Part shown: positions 32,975-44,603 of the stretch, piece by piece
Numbering within the stretch: the first letter of the stretch is position 1
How the letters are laid out: each line of letters begins with the position of its first letter
From: Oleiphilus sp.
GTDB lineage: Bacteria; Pseudomonadota; Gammaproteobacteria; Pseudomonadales; Oleiphilaceae
Direction: 5' to 3'
DNA length: 64,000 nucleotides
Assembly: GCA_006212045.1 (NCBI GenBank)
Contig: PZPK01000010.1
Coordinates: forward strand, 55,314 to 119,313
Position numbers and translations under genes: made by a program
Notes under the pieces: generated by a model
Database searches by the model: none
What the model saw: the letters and a program-made list of their open reading frames with translations, nothing else
What the model was told of the DNA's origin: nothing

Positions 32975-34660
32975 TCAATCCTGCCAAACCCGGAAACAAT
33001 TGCGCCCGGCCTCTTTGGCTTTATAAAGGGCCTGATCGGCACAATCAAACAACACATTGGTATCCTTGCCCTCAGCAAACTCGACCAAACCAAATGAAAT
33101 GGTCACCTGTAATTTTTCATCCCTGAAATGGAATGGCAATCTGGAGATCGTGTCTCGCATCTTTTCTATCACGCCTTTTGCAACGTCCAATTCGGTTTCC
33201 GGAAGAATCAGAACAAACTCTTCTCCACCATAACGCGCTACAAAATCAGTTTGTCGAATTCTGGCCTGCATCTCCTTGGCCAGAATCTGGAGCACCTTGT
33301 CCCCTGACAAGTGTCCGTAATTGTCGTTTATCGCCTTGAAGTGATCCACATCAGCAATCACCAGTGTTGCGGGTTTGCGGTAGCGCTTCCAACGCTCATA
33401 CTCCAGCGAAACACGGTCATCATAAGCCTCCCTGTTGGGCAATTGCGTTAACGCATCAGTTAGAGCCTTGCTGCGCTCCTCCTTCAAACGCTTGCGGAAA
33501 AACCGGGTCTCTTCTTCCAGCGCCTGAAACCTCAAACGCATCGCTTCAAGCTCCTTGGCCTTATTTTCCTCTATCTGACGACCGGTTTCAGAAAACCGAT
33601 CCAGCACCGCTGTAATATTCTCGACTTGGGTGCGAATCGAAGTTTTCAGGGTTTCGACATCATCGGTCTCAACAAGACTGGTAGCCATCGTCGCGATTTG
33701 GCTGCGCATTTGCTGGTCCAGCATCTGCTCTTCATTACGCAGACCATCGTCTGCCTGAATGGTTTCCAGTACAAAATTCTGAATTTTCTGAAGGCGCTCA
33801 TCAATATCAATCAGAAACTGGCCAAATTCCCGCTGACCCCGACCGACCGCCGACAGCACGACACTGGACAGATCATCCAGAGTCGGCCCCAGCTCATACC
33901 AGTTCAATTTTTGCGCAATACGTGTCCGTAAGTCGTCCAGTGCCCTTTGCGAACTTTCGGGGAAGGTCAATTGATCCAGCAAATTGTTCATGGTCGCAGC
34001 AATGTGCGCGGAAATGGCAGAAAACCCGGGAATGACCTCATCTTCCTCGTCCTGTCGCGCGTCGATATCGAGCGCATCATCAAGATTTTCTATCGCTACG
34101 CTTTCTTTTTGCTGCGGCTTATCCGAGCCAAAGAGTCGATCAAGCAAACCCACCTGGCTGGATTCTTCCGTATCCTGGGTTTCCAGAATTGTGCCTTGAA
34201 GCGCGGCATATTCCTCAAGCAAGGGAACAAAACGACCACTGGTCAGGTTTTTAGGAGAGATGGATTTGCTCAGTTTTTTCAGCGCTGAACGCTGGCTTCG
34301 TGGCGGCTTAAGGGCCAACAGCTGGGTAACCAGCTGATCGAAAACCAACACAAACTGTTTCAGATTATTCGCTTTGGTTTCATCAAACTCAGACAAGGCC
34401 CGGTCAATCTCGTTTAACTGCCCGGAAAGCGCGTCCAGACTCAGATCCTTTGATTTTATCTGTTGCCTTAAAACCTCTAGTTCCTGATCAAAAACCCGAC
34501 TCTGCCCTTCAGCAGATAAGCAAATTCTTAGCAGCAATCGCTGCAGGATTGAGCGAAATTCCTGAGCATCATTGACGTCGACATCATAGCTTTCCTGCAG
34601 TGCAAAATACTTGTCTTTCCATCGATCCAGTTCCGTCGCGACATTCTTTGGCCTGTTCAT
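32975..34660 (-). CDS. diguanylate cyclase with a long coiled-coil N-terminal region
   Basis: 561 aa. The C-terminal GGDEF domain has DVDHFKAINDNYGH and RYGGEEF. Confidence 0.9.
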   Translation of the reverse strand: MNRPKNVATELDRWKDKYFALQESYDVDVNDAQEFRSILQRLLLRICLSAEGQSRVFDQELEVLRQQIKSKDLSLDALSGQLNEIDRALSEFDETKANNLKQFVLVFDQLVTQLLALKPPRSQRSALKKLSKSISPKNLTSGRFVPLLEEYAALQGTILETQDTEESSQVGLLDRLFGSDKPQQKESVAIENLDDALDIDARQDEEDEVIPGFSAISAHIAATMNNLLDQLTFPESSQRALDDLRTRIAQKLNWYELGPTLDDLSSVVLSAVGRGQREFGQFLIDIDERLQKIQNFVLETIQADDGLRNEEQMLDQQMRSQIATMATSLVETDDVETLKTSIRTQVENITAVLDRFSETGRQIEENKAKELEAMRLRFQALEEETRFFRKRLKEERSKALTDALTQLPNREAYDDRVSLEYERWKRYRKPATLVIADVDHFKAINDNYGHLSGDKVLQILAKEMQARIRQTDFVARYGGEEFVLILPETELDVAKGVIEKMRDTISRLPFHFRDEKLQVTISFGLVEFAEGKDTNVLFDCADQALYKAKEAGRNCFRVWQD

Positions 34661-34674
34661 GGCACTGCCCCCTG

Positions 34675-35574
34675 TCAGTCTTCAGTATCCGATTTTCGCG
34701 CTCGCGGATGAGCCGAGTCATACACTTCCGCAAGGTGTTTGAAGTCCAGATGAGTATAGACTTGAGTCGTGGAAATATCTGCATGGCCGAGTAATTCCTG
34801 AACCGCGCGCAGATTCTGGCTGGACTCGAGCATGTGACTCGCGAAAGAATGCCTTAAGGTGTGCGGTGAAAGACTGCTGGGAAGACCTTTTTCCTGCGCC
34901 CACAGTTTCAGCCGGGCTTGCACAGTTCTCGCACTAATGCGTCTTCCACGCTGACTGATAAAAAGTGCTTGTTCGTCGACAGCTGGCACATCTGAACGGA
35001 ACAGAAGCCATTCTCGTATCGCCTCGACCGCTTTGCTGCCCACAGGTAAATCACGCTGTTTATTCCCTTTCCCGGTAACTCTGACAGAGGCCTGATCAAG
35101 ATCAATCCGGGGAATATTCAGACCCACAAGTTCCGAGAGCCTTAGCCCTGAAGAATAGAGCAATTCGAACATGGCCCGATCGCGAATACGGTGCCAGTCG
35201 CCCTCGTCGGAATCCACCAAATGAATAGCCTGGTCAACCGCCAGTACGGAGGGCAGTTTTTTGTCGTATTTCGGCGCAGGAATATCGCTGCATGGATTAT
35301 TCTCCAGGCCACTTTCACGCGCAAGATAACGATACAGGCTACGCAGAGATGACAGACTACGCTGAATACTTCGGCCGGACAGACCGGAGCGCTTTAGGCC
35401 AGCCACATACATCCGGATGTGTTCGTTGCGCAGGCTGTGCAGATCATCGTGCGCTTCGCGCTGGCACCAGTCCCGAAAGCGATGGAGATCGCGTGAATAG
35501 GCATCGAGTGTACGCGGTGAAAGCTGACGTTCGGTACTCAGATGATTAAAGAAAGCGTCCAACTCTTGTTCCAC
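34675..35574 (-). CDS. xerC: tyrosine recombinase XerC
   Basis: 299 aa. RHSFASHMLE...LLGHADISTTQVYTH catalytic region. The conserved dapF-DUF484-xerC context supports the call. Confidence 0.93.
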   Translation of the reverse strand: MEQELDAFFNHLSTERQLSPRTLDAYSRDLHRFRDWCQREAHDDLHSLRNEHIRMYVAGLKRSGLSGRSIQRSLSSLRSLYRYLARESGLENNPCSDIPAPKYDKKLPSVLAVDQAIHLVDSDEGDWHRIRDRAMFELLYSSGLRLSELVGLNIPRIDLDQASVRVTGKGNKQRDLPVGSKAVEAIREWLLFRSDVPAVDEQALFISQRGRRISARTVQARLKLWAQEKGLPSSLSPHTLRHSFASHMLESSQNLRAVQELLGHADISTTQVYTHLDFKHLAEVYDSAHPRARKSDTED

Positions 35575-35587
35575 TCGCCAACTCCGG

Positions 35588-36328
35588 CTATTCGAGCAAA
35601 GTAGGGACCGATTCCTGTGTTTTGATGCTGCGGGATTTCAACAGGAGATCAGGCAGAATACGACTAATAAAATCACTGATGTAGGAAAGAAAAAGAGACC
35701 CCATAGAACTGTCGAAATGTTTTGGGTCGGTACTGCCAAGACAGAACATCCCCAGCACTTCGGCATTGCGAAGCGGGATAATAGCCGCTGATGCCACCTT
35801 TTCCCCATCGCTGCCAAACAGACACTTGCGTTGCTGGGTACTGAAGTGCCCGCAGACCGCGGAACTGCTGTCAATCAATGTACCCAGTTGCGATCGGGCT
35901 TCGTCAAATGGAACCAAAGTAATGTCCGAAATCGGATAATCCGTACTATCCCCAAAGACCACAACACTGCCAAAGTCGATTTTTTCATCGTTCCGGAACA
36001 CTTCCTGCACAACGATTTCCACTTCATCCAGTGTCTTGACTTCAAGCAAGTTCAGCAAAAGTCGTTTGCTTTTCTCAAAGTGGCGGTCATTCTCGCGGGC
36101 AACGGCGATCAAATCATTTAACTGCTCGCGCAAGCCATCTCTGTGCTCTCTGAATAACTGCACCTGACGCTCTCCCAGGGAGATCGCACTTCCGCTTTGA
36201 TGCGGAACGGTCAGATCACGTAACAGATACTCATGCTTGACGAAAAAATCCTTGTTACGTTGCAAGTAATCAACAACCTGATCTTCCGATAGCTGGGAAA
36301 GGGCGGAATTTACTGCTTGATCGCTCAT
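35588..36328 (-). CDS. DUF484 family protein
   Basis: 246 aa. The N-terminus VVDYLQRNKDFF and its position between dapF and xerC are typical. Confidence 0.85.
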   Translation of the reverse strand: MSDQAVNSALSQLSEDQVVDYLQRNKDFFVKHEYLLRDLTVPHQSGSAISLGERQVQLFREHRDGLREQLNDLIAVARENDRHFEKSKRLLLNLLEVKTLDEVEIVVQEVFRNDEKIDFGSVVVFGDSTDYPISDITLVPFDEARSQLGTLIDSSSAVCGHFSTQQRKCLFGSDGEKVASAAIIPLRNAEVLGMFCLGSTDPKHFDSSMGSLFLSYISDFISRILPDLLLKSRSIKTQESVPTLLE

Positions 36329-36458
36329 GTTTTTACCAATCTTTTTGGCATAGTGCGTACACCATGCATTTTTATATTGAGGCTCGCCGGAGCATTTCCG
36401 TCCGGAGAGTTTCTTACCCCTTTAGTTAAAGGTAGAACATCACCAGACCTTTGGCCTC

Positions 36459-37289
36459 TTATATTCTGATTTTGCCTTCAAATACTTTAGTCGCCGGCCC
36501 TTCCATCATAACGGGCTCACCCCGTCCCTGCCAGCTAATGTTGAGGTTACCGCCGGGAAGCTTCACCTCAACCGGGCTCTCCAACAACCCTCGCTCAATA
36601 CCGGCAACAACGGCTGCACAGGCGCCGGTACCACAGGCAAGTGTTTCGCCCACCCCTCGTTCAAACACCCGCAAACGAATAAAACGTTTATGGACGACTT
36701 CCATAAAACCCGCATTCACCTGCTCTGGGAACAGCGCATGCTTTGCAATCGCCGGCCCAAGACCTTCAACGTCGGCATCGGCGACCTGGTTGACCAGAAG
36801 CACCGCGTGCGGATTCCCCATGGACAAGGCAGAAAGATTCAGTTTCTTGTTGCCCACTTCGACAGGATACTCCAGAGACTCCTGTTCCACCTGCATCGGA
36901 ATCTCATCGGGAGCGAAACGCGGACACCCCATGTTGACCAATACTCGACCATCGTCTTGCAATAGCAGCTCAATATCGCCATTTTTCGTCTGGACCCGTA
37001 TACGCTTTTTATCCGTCAACTTGCGCTCATGCACAAACACCGCAAAACAGCGGGCACCATTTCCGCACTGCTCCACTTCCGAGCCATCTGCGTTGAATAT
37101 ACGATAGCGGAAGTCCACATCAGGTTTACCCGGAGGTTCTACCAGCAACATCTGGTCAAAACCGATGCCCATCTGCCGGTCTGCCAGTCTGCGAATCTGT
37201 TCCGGCCTGAAATGCGCATGCTGACTAATCAGGTCTACCACCATGAAGTCATTACCCAGCCCGTGCATCTTTGTAAAATTCACAATCAT
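36459..37289 (-). CDS. dapF: diaminopimelate epimerase
   Basis: The start is set at [19 protein letters not shown] (37289). [16 protein letters not shown] and [11 protein letters not shown] catalytic Cys motifs are present. Confidence 0.95.
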   Translation of the reverse strand: MIVNFTKMHGLGNDFMVVDLISQHAHFRPEQIRRLADRQMGIGFDQMLLVEPPGKPDVDFRYRIFNADGSEVEQCGNGARCFAVFVHERKLTDKKRIRVQTKNGDIELLLQDDGRVLVNMGCPRFAPDEIPMQVEQESLEYPVEVGNKKLNLSALSMGNPHAVLLVNQVADADVEGLGPAIAKHALFPEQVNAGFMEVVHKRFIRLRVFERGVGETLACGTGACAAVVAGIERGLLESPVEVKLPGGNLNISWQGRGEPVMMEGPATKVFEGKIRI

Positions 37290-37299
37290 CGCGACAGCC

Positions 37300-38559
37300 T
37301 TAAAATGCAGTTTCGGGAAGTAGTTGTTCCTGCTGCATCTGCTCCTCCACGGTTTCGCGACGTCGCACAAGGTAACTGTGCTCGCCATCGACCATCACCT
37401 CGGCAGCCCTGTTTCGGGAGTTATAGTTGGAGCTCATGGTAAACCCGTAGGCGCCGGCAGATTTTACTGCCAGCACATCACCAGGAAAAAGTTTCATGGC
37501 TCTGTCCTTGCCAAGGAAATCTCCGGTTTCACAAACCGGGCCAACGATATCATAGGTGCAGGTCTCGCCATCCTCACGCGGCCGGATGGGCACGATGTCC
37601 TGCCATGCGCCATAGAGTGACGGCCTCAACAAGTCATTCATTGCAGCATCAACGATCGCAAAGTGCTTGTCTTCATTGCGCTTCAGGAATTCCACTTGAG
37701 TCAACAATACACCCGCATTGGCAGCAATTGATCGTCCGGGCTCAAGAATCACTTTCAGGTTCGTACCGTGCAGTTTGCGACCAAGCGCCTCGGCATAGTC
37801 TTTTGGCTCCGGGGGCGTTTCATCGCGGTAGCGCACACCCAAACCACCGCCAAGGTCAATATGCTCAATTTGCACTTTCATGGCTCGCAAGCGTTCAATC
37901 AATAAAAGTACGCGATCCAGAGCATCCAGAAATGGCTCGGTTTCGGTCAATTGGGACCCGATATGGCAATCCACACCGATAACGCGCAATCCCGGCAGAC
38001 TGTCAGCAACACCGTATATGCGCTCGGCATCATCAATCGCAACGCCAAACTTGTTATCTTTCAGCCCTGTTGAGATATAGGGATGTGTGCCGGCATCAAC
38101 ATCAGGATTGACACGCAAGGAAACCGGCGCCCGCATTTGCAGCTTCACCGCAACTTCGTTGAGACGATAAAGCTCTGCTTCGGATTCCACATTAAAACAA
38201 TGAACCCCCAGTTCCAGAGCTCGTTGCATCTCGTGAGACTGCTTGCCGACTCCGGAAAATACGATTTTCTCGGGCAAACCACCCGCCTTCAACACGCGCT
38301 CCAGCTCACCGATGGAGACAATATCAAAACCGGCTCCCAGCCTGGCCAACACATTCAGTACCGCAATATTGGAGTTAGCCTTGACGGCGTAGCAAATCAG
38401 GCTGCTTTGGTCTGAAAAAGCGCTGGCATAGGCCTGGTAATGCCTTTCCAGCGTTGCCCGGGAATACACATAACAAGGCGTTCCGTAGGTTTCCGCAATA
38501 TCACGCAGCGGAATATCTTCGGCATATAACTCGTTATTACGATAAGAAAAATGATCCAT
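37300..38559 (-). CDS. lysA: diaminopimelate decarboxylase
   Basis: 419 aa. YAVKANSN (PLP lysine), HIGSQ, GGGLG and ESGD-like CETGD motifs are present. Confidence 0.96.
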   Translation of the reverse strand: MDHFSYRNNELYAEDIPLRDIAETYGTPCYVYSRATLERHYQAYASAFSDQSSLICYAVKANSNIAVLNVLARLGAGFDIVSIGELERVLKAGGLPEKIVFSGVGKQSHEMQRALELGVHCFNVESEAELYRLNEVAVKLQMRAPVSLRVNPDVDAGTHPYISTGLKDNKFGVAIDDAERIYGVADSLPGLRVIGVDCHIGSQLTETEPFLDALDRVLLLIERLRAMKVQIEHIDLGGGLGVRYRDETPPEPKDYAEALGRKLHGTNLKVILEPGRSIAANAGVLLTQVEFLKRNEDKHFAIVDAAMNDLLRPSLYGAWQDIVPIRPREDGETCTYDIVGPVCETGDFLGKDRAMKLFPGDVLAVKSAGAYGFTMSSNYNSRNRAAEVMVDGEHSYLVRRRETVEEQMQQEQLLPETAF

Positions 38560-38615
38560 ATTGACTACTTTTTAACAACTGATTCAGGAGGCCTGCCAAA
38601 CTGCCCAAGGCCCAA

Positions 38616-38807
38616 TTAATATGAGGACTTTCCGGCTTCAGCGCTTTGGTCCTCGGTGTCTGTTTTGCGCTGTTCCGACGCTGCCTGCTTGTCCGGTAAA
38701 TAAAGGCTTTTTTTCTGCCCACACCCCGATAACGATGCCCCTATCAGGCCTATCAGGATAACAGCCAGTAGCCAGTTCCTGTCTTCTGCTACTTCGGTTT
38801 TTTTCAC
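38616..38807 (-). CDS. lptM: LptM (YifL-like) small lipoprotein
   Basis: The GTG at 38807 is preceded by GGAG. Lipobox LSGCGQKKSLYLPD. Located immediately upstream of lysA, as is usual. Confidence 0.7.
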   Translation of the reverse strand: MKKTEVAEDRNWLLAVILIGLIGASLSGCGQKKSLYLPDKQAASEQRKTDTEDQSAEAGKSSY

Positions 38808-38861
38808 ACAACACTCCGGTAAAATTATCGGCGAGAGTATAACCAGATCATCATTCAAACA

Positions 38862-41738
38862 CTAATTCAACAACTGCCATAAACGCATTTCAATGCTTTG
38901 GAACAAGCGGAGGTATTCGAGCAAGCTGCGTGACTGATCGACCTGACTGCGCATCAATACCGGATCACTGGGATAGGACATATCCTGCAGGGAAAGAAAG
39001 GGAAGCTCCGCTTCGCGGCCCTGTTGCCTGAGATAATGCACCAGCGCCTCGACCTGCTGGTTCCCGTACTCGGAAAACGAGAACACGCGGTCTTCGAAAC
39101 TAAGATCAAAACAAATTGCCGGACCGTCGTAAAAGGCCGTCGCCATAAATCCCAGGCCCGGTCTTGGCTCCGGGGGTTGCATAGGCCTGAATTCGTATTT
39201 TTGATCGCTGCGCTGTCCACGGTACCAATTAACGACAGGCATTCCGGCCTGCCCCAGAAGCGCCTGATCAAATTGTCGTCGCTCCAGTATCTTGGTCAGA
39301 AAAGTATCCAGTTTAAGCAAGAACTCGCGTTCTTCCTGCAAGCCCCACACCGTGCGTAACACACTGCCACATTCATCCAGAAAACAGACCTCAATCGCAC
39401 TCCCGGTCAGCTCATAGAATATTTGTATCATGTCTGGTTGGCTGCGCTTGAGCGCCTGCCTCAGCAATGAATCATGCCTGAGCGCATACCGATCAAGTAC
39501 GATCTGACTGTACTCCTGACCTGATTTACCAAGCTGTTGCAGCAAATCATCCACATTGGAGAAGGACGAATACCGGAACTGCTGTGACGCATACTGAACG
39601 ATGTAAAAGCGTTCCTCAATTTCCAGGACGTAGCGTATCGAAGACACTTCTTTCCCGATAAAAAAGGCGTCCGAAACATCCTTGAACAATGTCTCTACCC
39701 GCATTGCAATGGCTTCGGCACGCTGAGAGGTATAGCAGAACACATGCAAACGACACTTGGACTGTCCCATTTGGCTGGCACTCATAAGCAAATAGGCCTG
39801 CAGATTCTGCATCAGCGTTTCGCCCAGTTCATAGCGTCTCGCTGACATTTCGTTCCATGAATTCAAGGCCACCTGGTCAATGGTCTTTACCAGATTGGAG
39901 CGCTGAGAGCTGTAACCCAGAGAATCTGTGCGGTCACTTAGTCTCAGCAAACCATGTTCACTCAATCGCTCCATTGGATCGACGCCGATATTGATAAACA
40001 GGACCAGTGTGTTGACATAGGCAGGGGCCAGAAAACGCTCTTGTCCTCCATCCGCTGAAGGCGAACCGAACGCGCGCTCCAGGGCCGCCATGATACTGCG
40101 CACTTCATGCAGACTGACGCCGCTTGTGCCAGGCACAAGACTCAAACGCGTCGAGCTGCCTGCAATGTCGTTAAAGTGCAACCACGCCAACATCTCGATC
40201 AGATTTGGCGTTTTTTTCAGGCTGGAACAAAAGGCCGCATCGTCGCTGGAGTTGAGATCCCGATACAAATGCCAGGCACTTTGATCCGACTGAAATGGCT
40301 GGCTACTGCCGTGATGCAGAGCCAGGTTCTCTTCACGAATATTAGGCGCGATGCCCGGATTCACTTTTTCAACCTTGCCTGCTTTACGTTCAAAAGTGGC
40401 ATTCAGCTTACGGCCCAAAAGGCTGAGATCTTCAGCCGAAATTGAAGATCCTACTTTGTTCACGCGCGCATAATCCGAAAGAAAACGATAGCTGTTGGTA
40501 AGCTCTGCCAATAGTTGCTGCCGCTCGGATATGACCTGATCAACACGCCACAGGCTACGCTCATCCAATCGCTTGAAATCCTGCTCTCGCCAGGCCCAAT
40601 CTGCGGATAACTCCTGCAACAGCAAGCGTTGCCAGGAAGGACCTTTCGTACCCGCTTTTTTGCTGAGCTTCTTATTCACTTTCAGGTAAAAACTTTTGCG
40701 CACCAGATCAAGGCGCTTAATTTCATTCCGTTCGAGAAGATAGCTTTCCAGACGCCGGTAGATCAGCAAATAGGGGTCAAGCTGCTCAACCTCGGCTTCA
40801 TCTTCGTAGACGGCCTGTTTGAAGATCAGACTCAAACATTTTTTCTCCGGCAGCTCTTGCGCATAGACCTCAGCCAGCAATAGCTTGAGCACAGATTTGT
40901 AGGGCGCATCAATACTCTTGTATAGCTGCCATAAGCCGGCCCCGAGCAGTTCACTTTTAGGAATCTCCGCAATATGGCCAAAATCTATCACTTCATGTTC
41001 TCTGACAAAGCGCTGCCTGATCAGTCGGTCGGCAAGCTGGTCGTACTCATCTTCGAGCCCGGATGGAATCAACCACCAGAGAGGGTAGCGACCGGCCAGT
41101 AAAATCGCCGTACGATAGAATTCATCAAGTAGCAGAAAATGTTGCGCAGAGCCGCTGCTCTCGGAATTCATTTCGGGCGCGGCCTGCCCTTTTTTGAATG
41201 CCTCTGCATCCATTAAAAAAGTATGCAGTTCCAACCCGGCACTATTTGCCCACTCATCGAGCCTGGCAGCCTTTTCTTTCAGGACGGCCAGCGCATCCGC
41301 ATCCATTCCGGGTCGGTAGCAACACCACAAATCAACATCGCTGGATTCCGAGTGTGCCAATGTACCGGTACTTCCCATCATGAACAGGCTGTGTATCTCG
41401 GGTTTGGATCGCCGGTCCTGAGAGAACTTGAAGCTTTGGCTAAAGGATTTGGCTAGGCCAAGTGCCGGTTTGTCGGGCAGGTACCCACTAACGCCCTTGG
41501 GTGCGTCCTGAGCCACATATCCCGGCAGTAATGGGTGGTTCACATGATAGAGCAGGGGCAAAATATCAATAATGTCACGCTGTCTGAGACTCATCGCGTC
41601 TTTCGCACGTGACAAACGGCCGGCATTAATCTTCAGAAAGCGATCGCGTACCTGCTTGAGCAGCTTTCGATCAACCCCTTCTGTAAAATCGGGCGTCAGA
41701 ACCTGTTTAAATTGAGCCATATAGTCAGGAGAAACCAT
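38862..41738 (-). CDS. cyaA: class I adenylate cyclase
   Basis: LPLLYHVNHPLLPGYV, MMGSTGTLAHSESSDVDLWCCY and QHFLLLDEFYRTAILLAGRYPLWW match enterobacterial and Pseudomonas CyaA. The start is uncertain (41738, 41720 or 41876). Confidence 0.88.
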   Translation of the reverse strand: MVSPDYMAQFKQVLTPDFTEGVDRKLLKQVRDRFLKINAGRLSRAKDAMSLRQRDIIDILPLLYHVNHPLLPGYVAQDAPKGVSGYLPDKPALGLAKSFSQSFKFSQDRRSKPEIHSLFMMGSTGTLAHSESSDVDLWCCYRPGMDADALAVLKEKAARLDEWANSAGLELHTFLMDAEAFKKGQAAPEMNSESSGSAQHFLLLDEFYRTAILLAGRYPLWWLIPSGLEDEYDQLADRLIRQRFVREHEVIDFGHIAEIPKSELLGAGLWQLYKSIDAPYKSVLKLLLAEVYAQELPEKKCLSLIFKQAVYEDEAEVEQLDPYLLIYRRLESYLLERNEIKRLDLVRKSFYLKVNKKLSKKAGTKGPSWQRLLLQELSADWAWREQDFKRLDERSLWRVDQVISERQQLLAELTNSYRFLSDYARVNKVGSSISAEDLSLLGRKLNATFERKAGKVEKVNPGIAPNIREENLALHHGSSQPFQSDQSAWHLYRDLNSSDDAAFCSSLKKTPNLIEMLAWLHFNDIAGSSTRLSLVPGTSGVSLHEVRSIMAALERAFGSPSADGGQERFLAPAYVNTLVLFINIGVDPMERLSEHGLLRLSDRTDSLGYSSQRSNLVKTIDQVALNSWNEMSARRYELGETLMQNLQAYLLMSASQMGQSKCRLHVFCYTSQRAEAIAMRVETLFKDVSDAFFIGKEVSSIRYVLEIEERFYIVQYASQQFRYSSFSNVDDLLQQLGKSGQEYSQIVLDRYALRHDSLLRQALKRSQPDMIQIFYELTGSAIEVCFLDECGSVLRTVWGLQEEREFLLKLDTFLTKILERRQFDQALLGQAGMPVVNWYRGQRSDQKYEFRPMQPPEPRPGLGFMATAFYDGPAICFDLSFEDRVFSFSEYGNQQVEALVHYLRQQGREAELPFLSLQDMSYPSDPVLMRSQVDQSRSLLEYLRLFQSIEMRLWQLLN

Positions 41739-42001
41739 CCCGCAGCAACACTTCAACCAGCCTGCGCTGTGCGAAACGGAAGGGAACATGTGAATCCAAA
41801 GAACAGGCCTGGGCCTGCCGTATTTTTCCGACACCTGCCAATCTGTTGATACGACAATCGGAAATGCCTTCGACACTCTGGTTTAAACCAGCATCGATGT
41901 CGCAGGCATATCTATCTCATTTTAGACGATCCCTCGTAATCTGCTGTGCTATCCACAATTATTCAAGACTCGCCACTCCCGATGGCAATGTCCGTTTGAG
42001 C

Positions 42002-43402
42002 TTATCTTTCCGCCAACAGAGCCTGTACGCGCTCACTCGCGGCTTTCACCTGAGCTGGCGCAGTACCGCCGAGGTGGTCACGGGCATTTACCGACCCTTC
42101 CAGCGTAAGCACATCAAAGACATCCTCTGAGATCACCTTGGAAAAGTTCTGTAGTTCTGCCAGCGTCATTTCCGACAAGTCTTTGGACTCTTTAACACCA
42201 TAACCCACCGCTTTCCCTACAACTTCATGGGCATCCCGGAAGGCAAGGCCCTTAACAACCAGATAGTCCGCAAGGTCTGTCGCCGTCGAAAAGCCCTTGA
42301 GCGCTGCGTCACGCATATTATCGGCTTTCACTTCTATCGCAGGCACCATGTCAGCGTATGCACGCAAGCAGGCCTTTACCGTGTCTATCACGTCAAACAG
42401 CGGTTCTTTATCTTCCTGATTGTCCTTGTTGTAAGCCAAAGGCTGCGCTTTCATCAACATAAGCAGAGACATCAGATGACCGGTCACCCGGCCGGCCTTC
42501 CCCCTGACCAGTTCTGGAACATCCGGGTTTTTCTTCTGAGGCATGATGGAGGAGCCGGTACAGAAGCGGTCAGGTAAATCGATAAAGTCAAACTGGGCAG
42601 AAGCCCAAAGTATCAACTCCTCGGAGTAACGCGACAGGTGCGTCATCAGCAGACTTGCAAAAGCACAGAATTCGATCGCAAAATCCCGGTCACTGACAGA
42701 ATCCAGCGAGTTGACACTGGGTCGATCAAAACCAAGCAGCCTGGCAGTCATCTCTCTGTCAATCGGGTAGGTGGTCCCGGCCAGAGCCGCCGCGCCCAAA
42801 GGCATGATATTCACCCGCTTGCGACAATCGAGCAGCCGCTCATAGTCGCGTTGTAACATCTCGTTCCAAGCCAGAACATGGTGCCCGAAAGTCACCGGTT
42901 GCGCGGTCTGTAAATGTGTAAATCCGGGCATGATGGTATCCGCTTCACGCTGTGCCAGATCTGCCAGTCCTTTCTGTAAACGCGTCAGTTCATTTGCGAT
43001 CAGATCGATCTCATCTCTCAGATACAGACGTATATCTGTTGCGACCTGGTCGTTACGTGACCGGCCGGTATGCAGCTTTTTCCCGGTCAGGCCAATTTTT
43101 TCGGTCAATCTGGCCTCGATATTCATGTGTACATCTTCGAGCGTTACAGACCAACGAAACTCCCCTGCCTGAATTTCCTCGCGAATCGCTTCCAATCCTT
43201 CAATGATCTGCTGCTGTTCCGCGTCTGAAAGCACACCAACTTCGGCAAGCATGGTCGCGTGGGCAATCGAACCCTGAATATCGTGGTAATACAGTCGCTG
43301 ATCAAAATCCACTGATGCCGTGAATTGTTCAACAAATGCGTCAGTTGCTTCACTGAAGCGCCCTCCCCACGGTTTTTCGGCTTTACCATCTACTTTGCTC
43401 AT
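42002..43402 (-). CDS. argH: argininosuccinate lyase
   Basis: 466 aa. [15 protein letters not shown] and [12 protein letters not shown] signatures are present. Confidence 0.97.
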   Translation of the reverse strand: MSKVDGKAEKPWGGRFSEATDAFVEQFTASVDFDQRLYYHDIQGSIAHATMLAEVGVLSDAEQQQIIEGLEAIREEIQAGEFRWSVTLEDVHMNIEARLTEKIGLTGKKLHTGRSRNDQVATDIRLYLRDEIDLIANELTRLQKGLADLAQREADTIMPGFTHLQTAQPVTFGHHVLAWNEMLQRDYERLLDCRKRVNIMPLGAAALAGTTYPIDREMTARLLGFDRPSVNSLDSVSDRDFAIEFCAFASLLMTHLSRYSEELILWASAQFDFIDLPDRFCTGSSIMPQKKNPDVPELVRGKAGRVTGHLMSLLMLMKAQPLAYNKDNQEDKEPLFDVIDTVKACLRAYADMVPAIEVKADNMRDAALKGFSTATDLADYLVVKGLAFRDAHEVVGKAVGYGVKESKDLSEMTLAELQNFSKVISEDVFDVLTLEGSVNARDHLGGTAPAQVKAASERVQALLAER

Positions 43403-43535
43403 GCGCTATAACCCATCTACACTCAAACTATGTTGCAACTATTAACGTTCGCTTCTTTGCGACCGGTCTCGGCAAAGACTGCCAGACATTCTAGACATCT
43501 CCTTTCAGCCACCGGTAGCGGCGGCGGAGTATAAC

Positions 43536-44603
43536 ATGAATCCAGGGACTGGCCCGAAACAGACGCTCAAGAGCGATGAAGGACATTCAGCCAACTTCAT
43601 GCCTGACCTGTGTCAGGTCACTGCAGTGCTGTTTTTGCTTCTGAGCACGCAGCTTTTCGCCCTGATCATCACCCTTATCACCAGCAAGAAAGGCCTGATC
43701 GACTGGGAGTTTCTGGGCTTGCTTTCGGTTTATTGTCATTGCATTGTGCTGAGCTGTGCGACTGTCATTTGTCAATCCAGACCCTGGCTTGCCAATCGCT
43801 CAGTCAGACTGGTCGCCGCCTATTGCCTTAGCGCCATCATTGCGGTTTCAGCGCTCTTCAGCTGGATGTTTACGCGCATCATTCCGTCCGGCTCCTTGCC
43901 GCTGGAACAGGATTTTATCCTGCGTAGCGTCCTGATCAGTGCACTGGTCGGCGGCATCCTGCTGCGCTACTTTTATCTGCAACATCAATGGCGCCTTCAG
44001 AAACAGGCCGAATTACGGGCTCGACTGCAAGCATTACAAGCCAGAATCCGGCCGCATTTTTTGTTTAACAGTATGAATTCGATCGCGAGTCTGGTGACCA
44101 TTGACCCCGAAAGAGCGGAAGAAGCCATACTGGACCTGTCGCAATTGTTTCGCGCGACCCTGAATAATCAGAAAATGCTGATTACTGCGGAGGAAGAGCT
44201 CGAACTGTGCAAACGTTATCTGAATATCGAGGGTCTCAGGTTGGGCGAGCGTTTGAAACTGAACTGGCAGGTTTCCGACGATATTAAGGCGGCCAGAATT
44301 CCACCACTATCCCTACAGCCTCTTTTGGAAAATGCCATCTATCACGGTATTCAACCCCTCACCAGCGGAGGTACAATCGATGTCAAAGCATTCTGCAAGG
44401 ATAATTCAGCTTACATCATGATCAGCAATCCTTTCGTTCCAGGCCCATCAAAATCCCAGGGTAATCAGATTGCGCTTGACAACATAAGGAGCAGATTTTC
44501 AGCAATTTTCGGACAGGACGCGATCATCAAAACCAGTCAGCTGGATGACTGCTTTACTGTGACATTACGTTTCCCAAAAAAGATCCGCTATGACTCAGAC
44601 TAA
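43536..44603 (+). CDS. algZ: LytS-type sensor histidine kinase (AlgZ/FimS-like)
   Basis: 355 aa with four TM helices, then the RIRPHFLFNSMNSIASL His-kinase motif and an ATPase domain. It overlaps the downstream LytTR regulator by 14 nt. Confidence 0.85.
   Translation: MNPGTGPKQTLKSDEGHSANFMPDLCQVTAVLFLLLSTQLFALIITLITSKKGLIDWEFLGLLSVYCHCIVLSCATVICQSRPWLANRSVRLVAAYCLSAIIAVSALFSWMFTRIIPSGSLPLEQDFILRSVLISALVGGILLRYFYLQHQWRLQKQAELRARLQALQARIRPHFLFNSMNSIASLVTIDPERAEEAILDLSQLFRATLNNQKMLITAEEELELCKRYLNIEGLRLGERLKLNWQVSDDIKAARIPPLSLQPLLENAIYHGIQPLTSGGTIDVKAFCKDNSAYIMISNPFVPGPSKSQGNQIALDNIRSRFSAIFGQDAIIKTSQLDDCFTVTLRFPKKIRYDSD

Noticed and set aside
34675-35574. Tyrosine recombinase as a possible prophage or island integrase
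   Set aside because: It sits in the canonical dapF-DUF484-xerC context with housekeeping XerC motifs. There is no adjacent tRNA, att-like repeat or phage gene.
36451-37107. 218-aa plus-strand ORF
   Set aside because: It is antisense to dapF and gives a proline/serine/threonine-rich nonsense-like translation.
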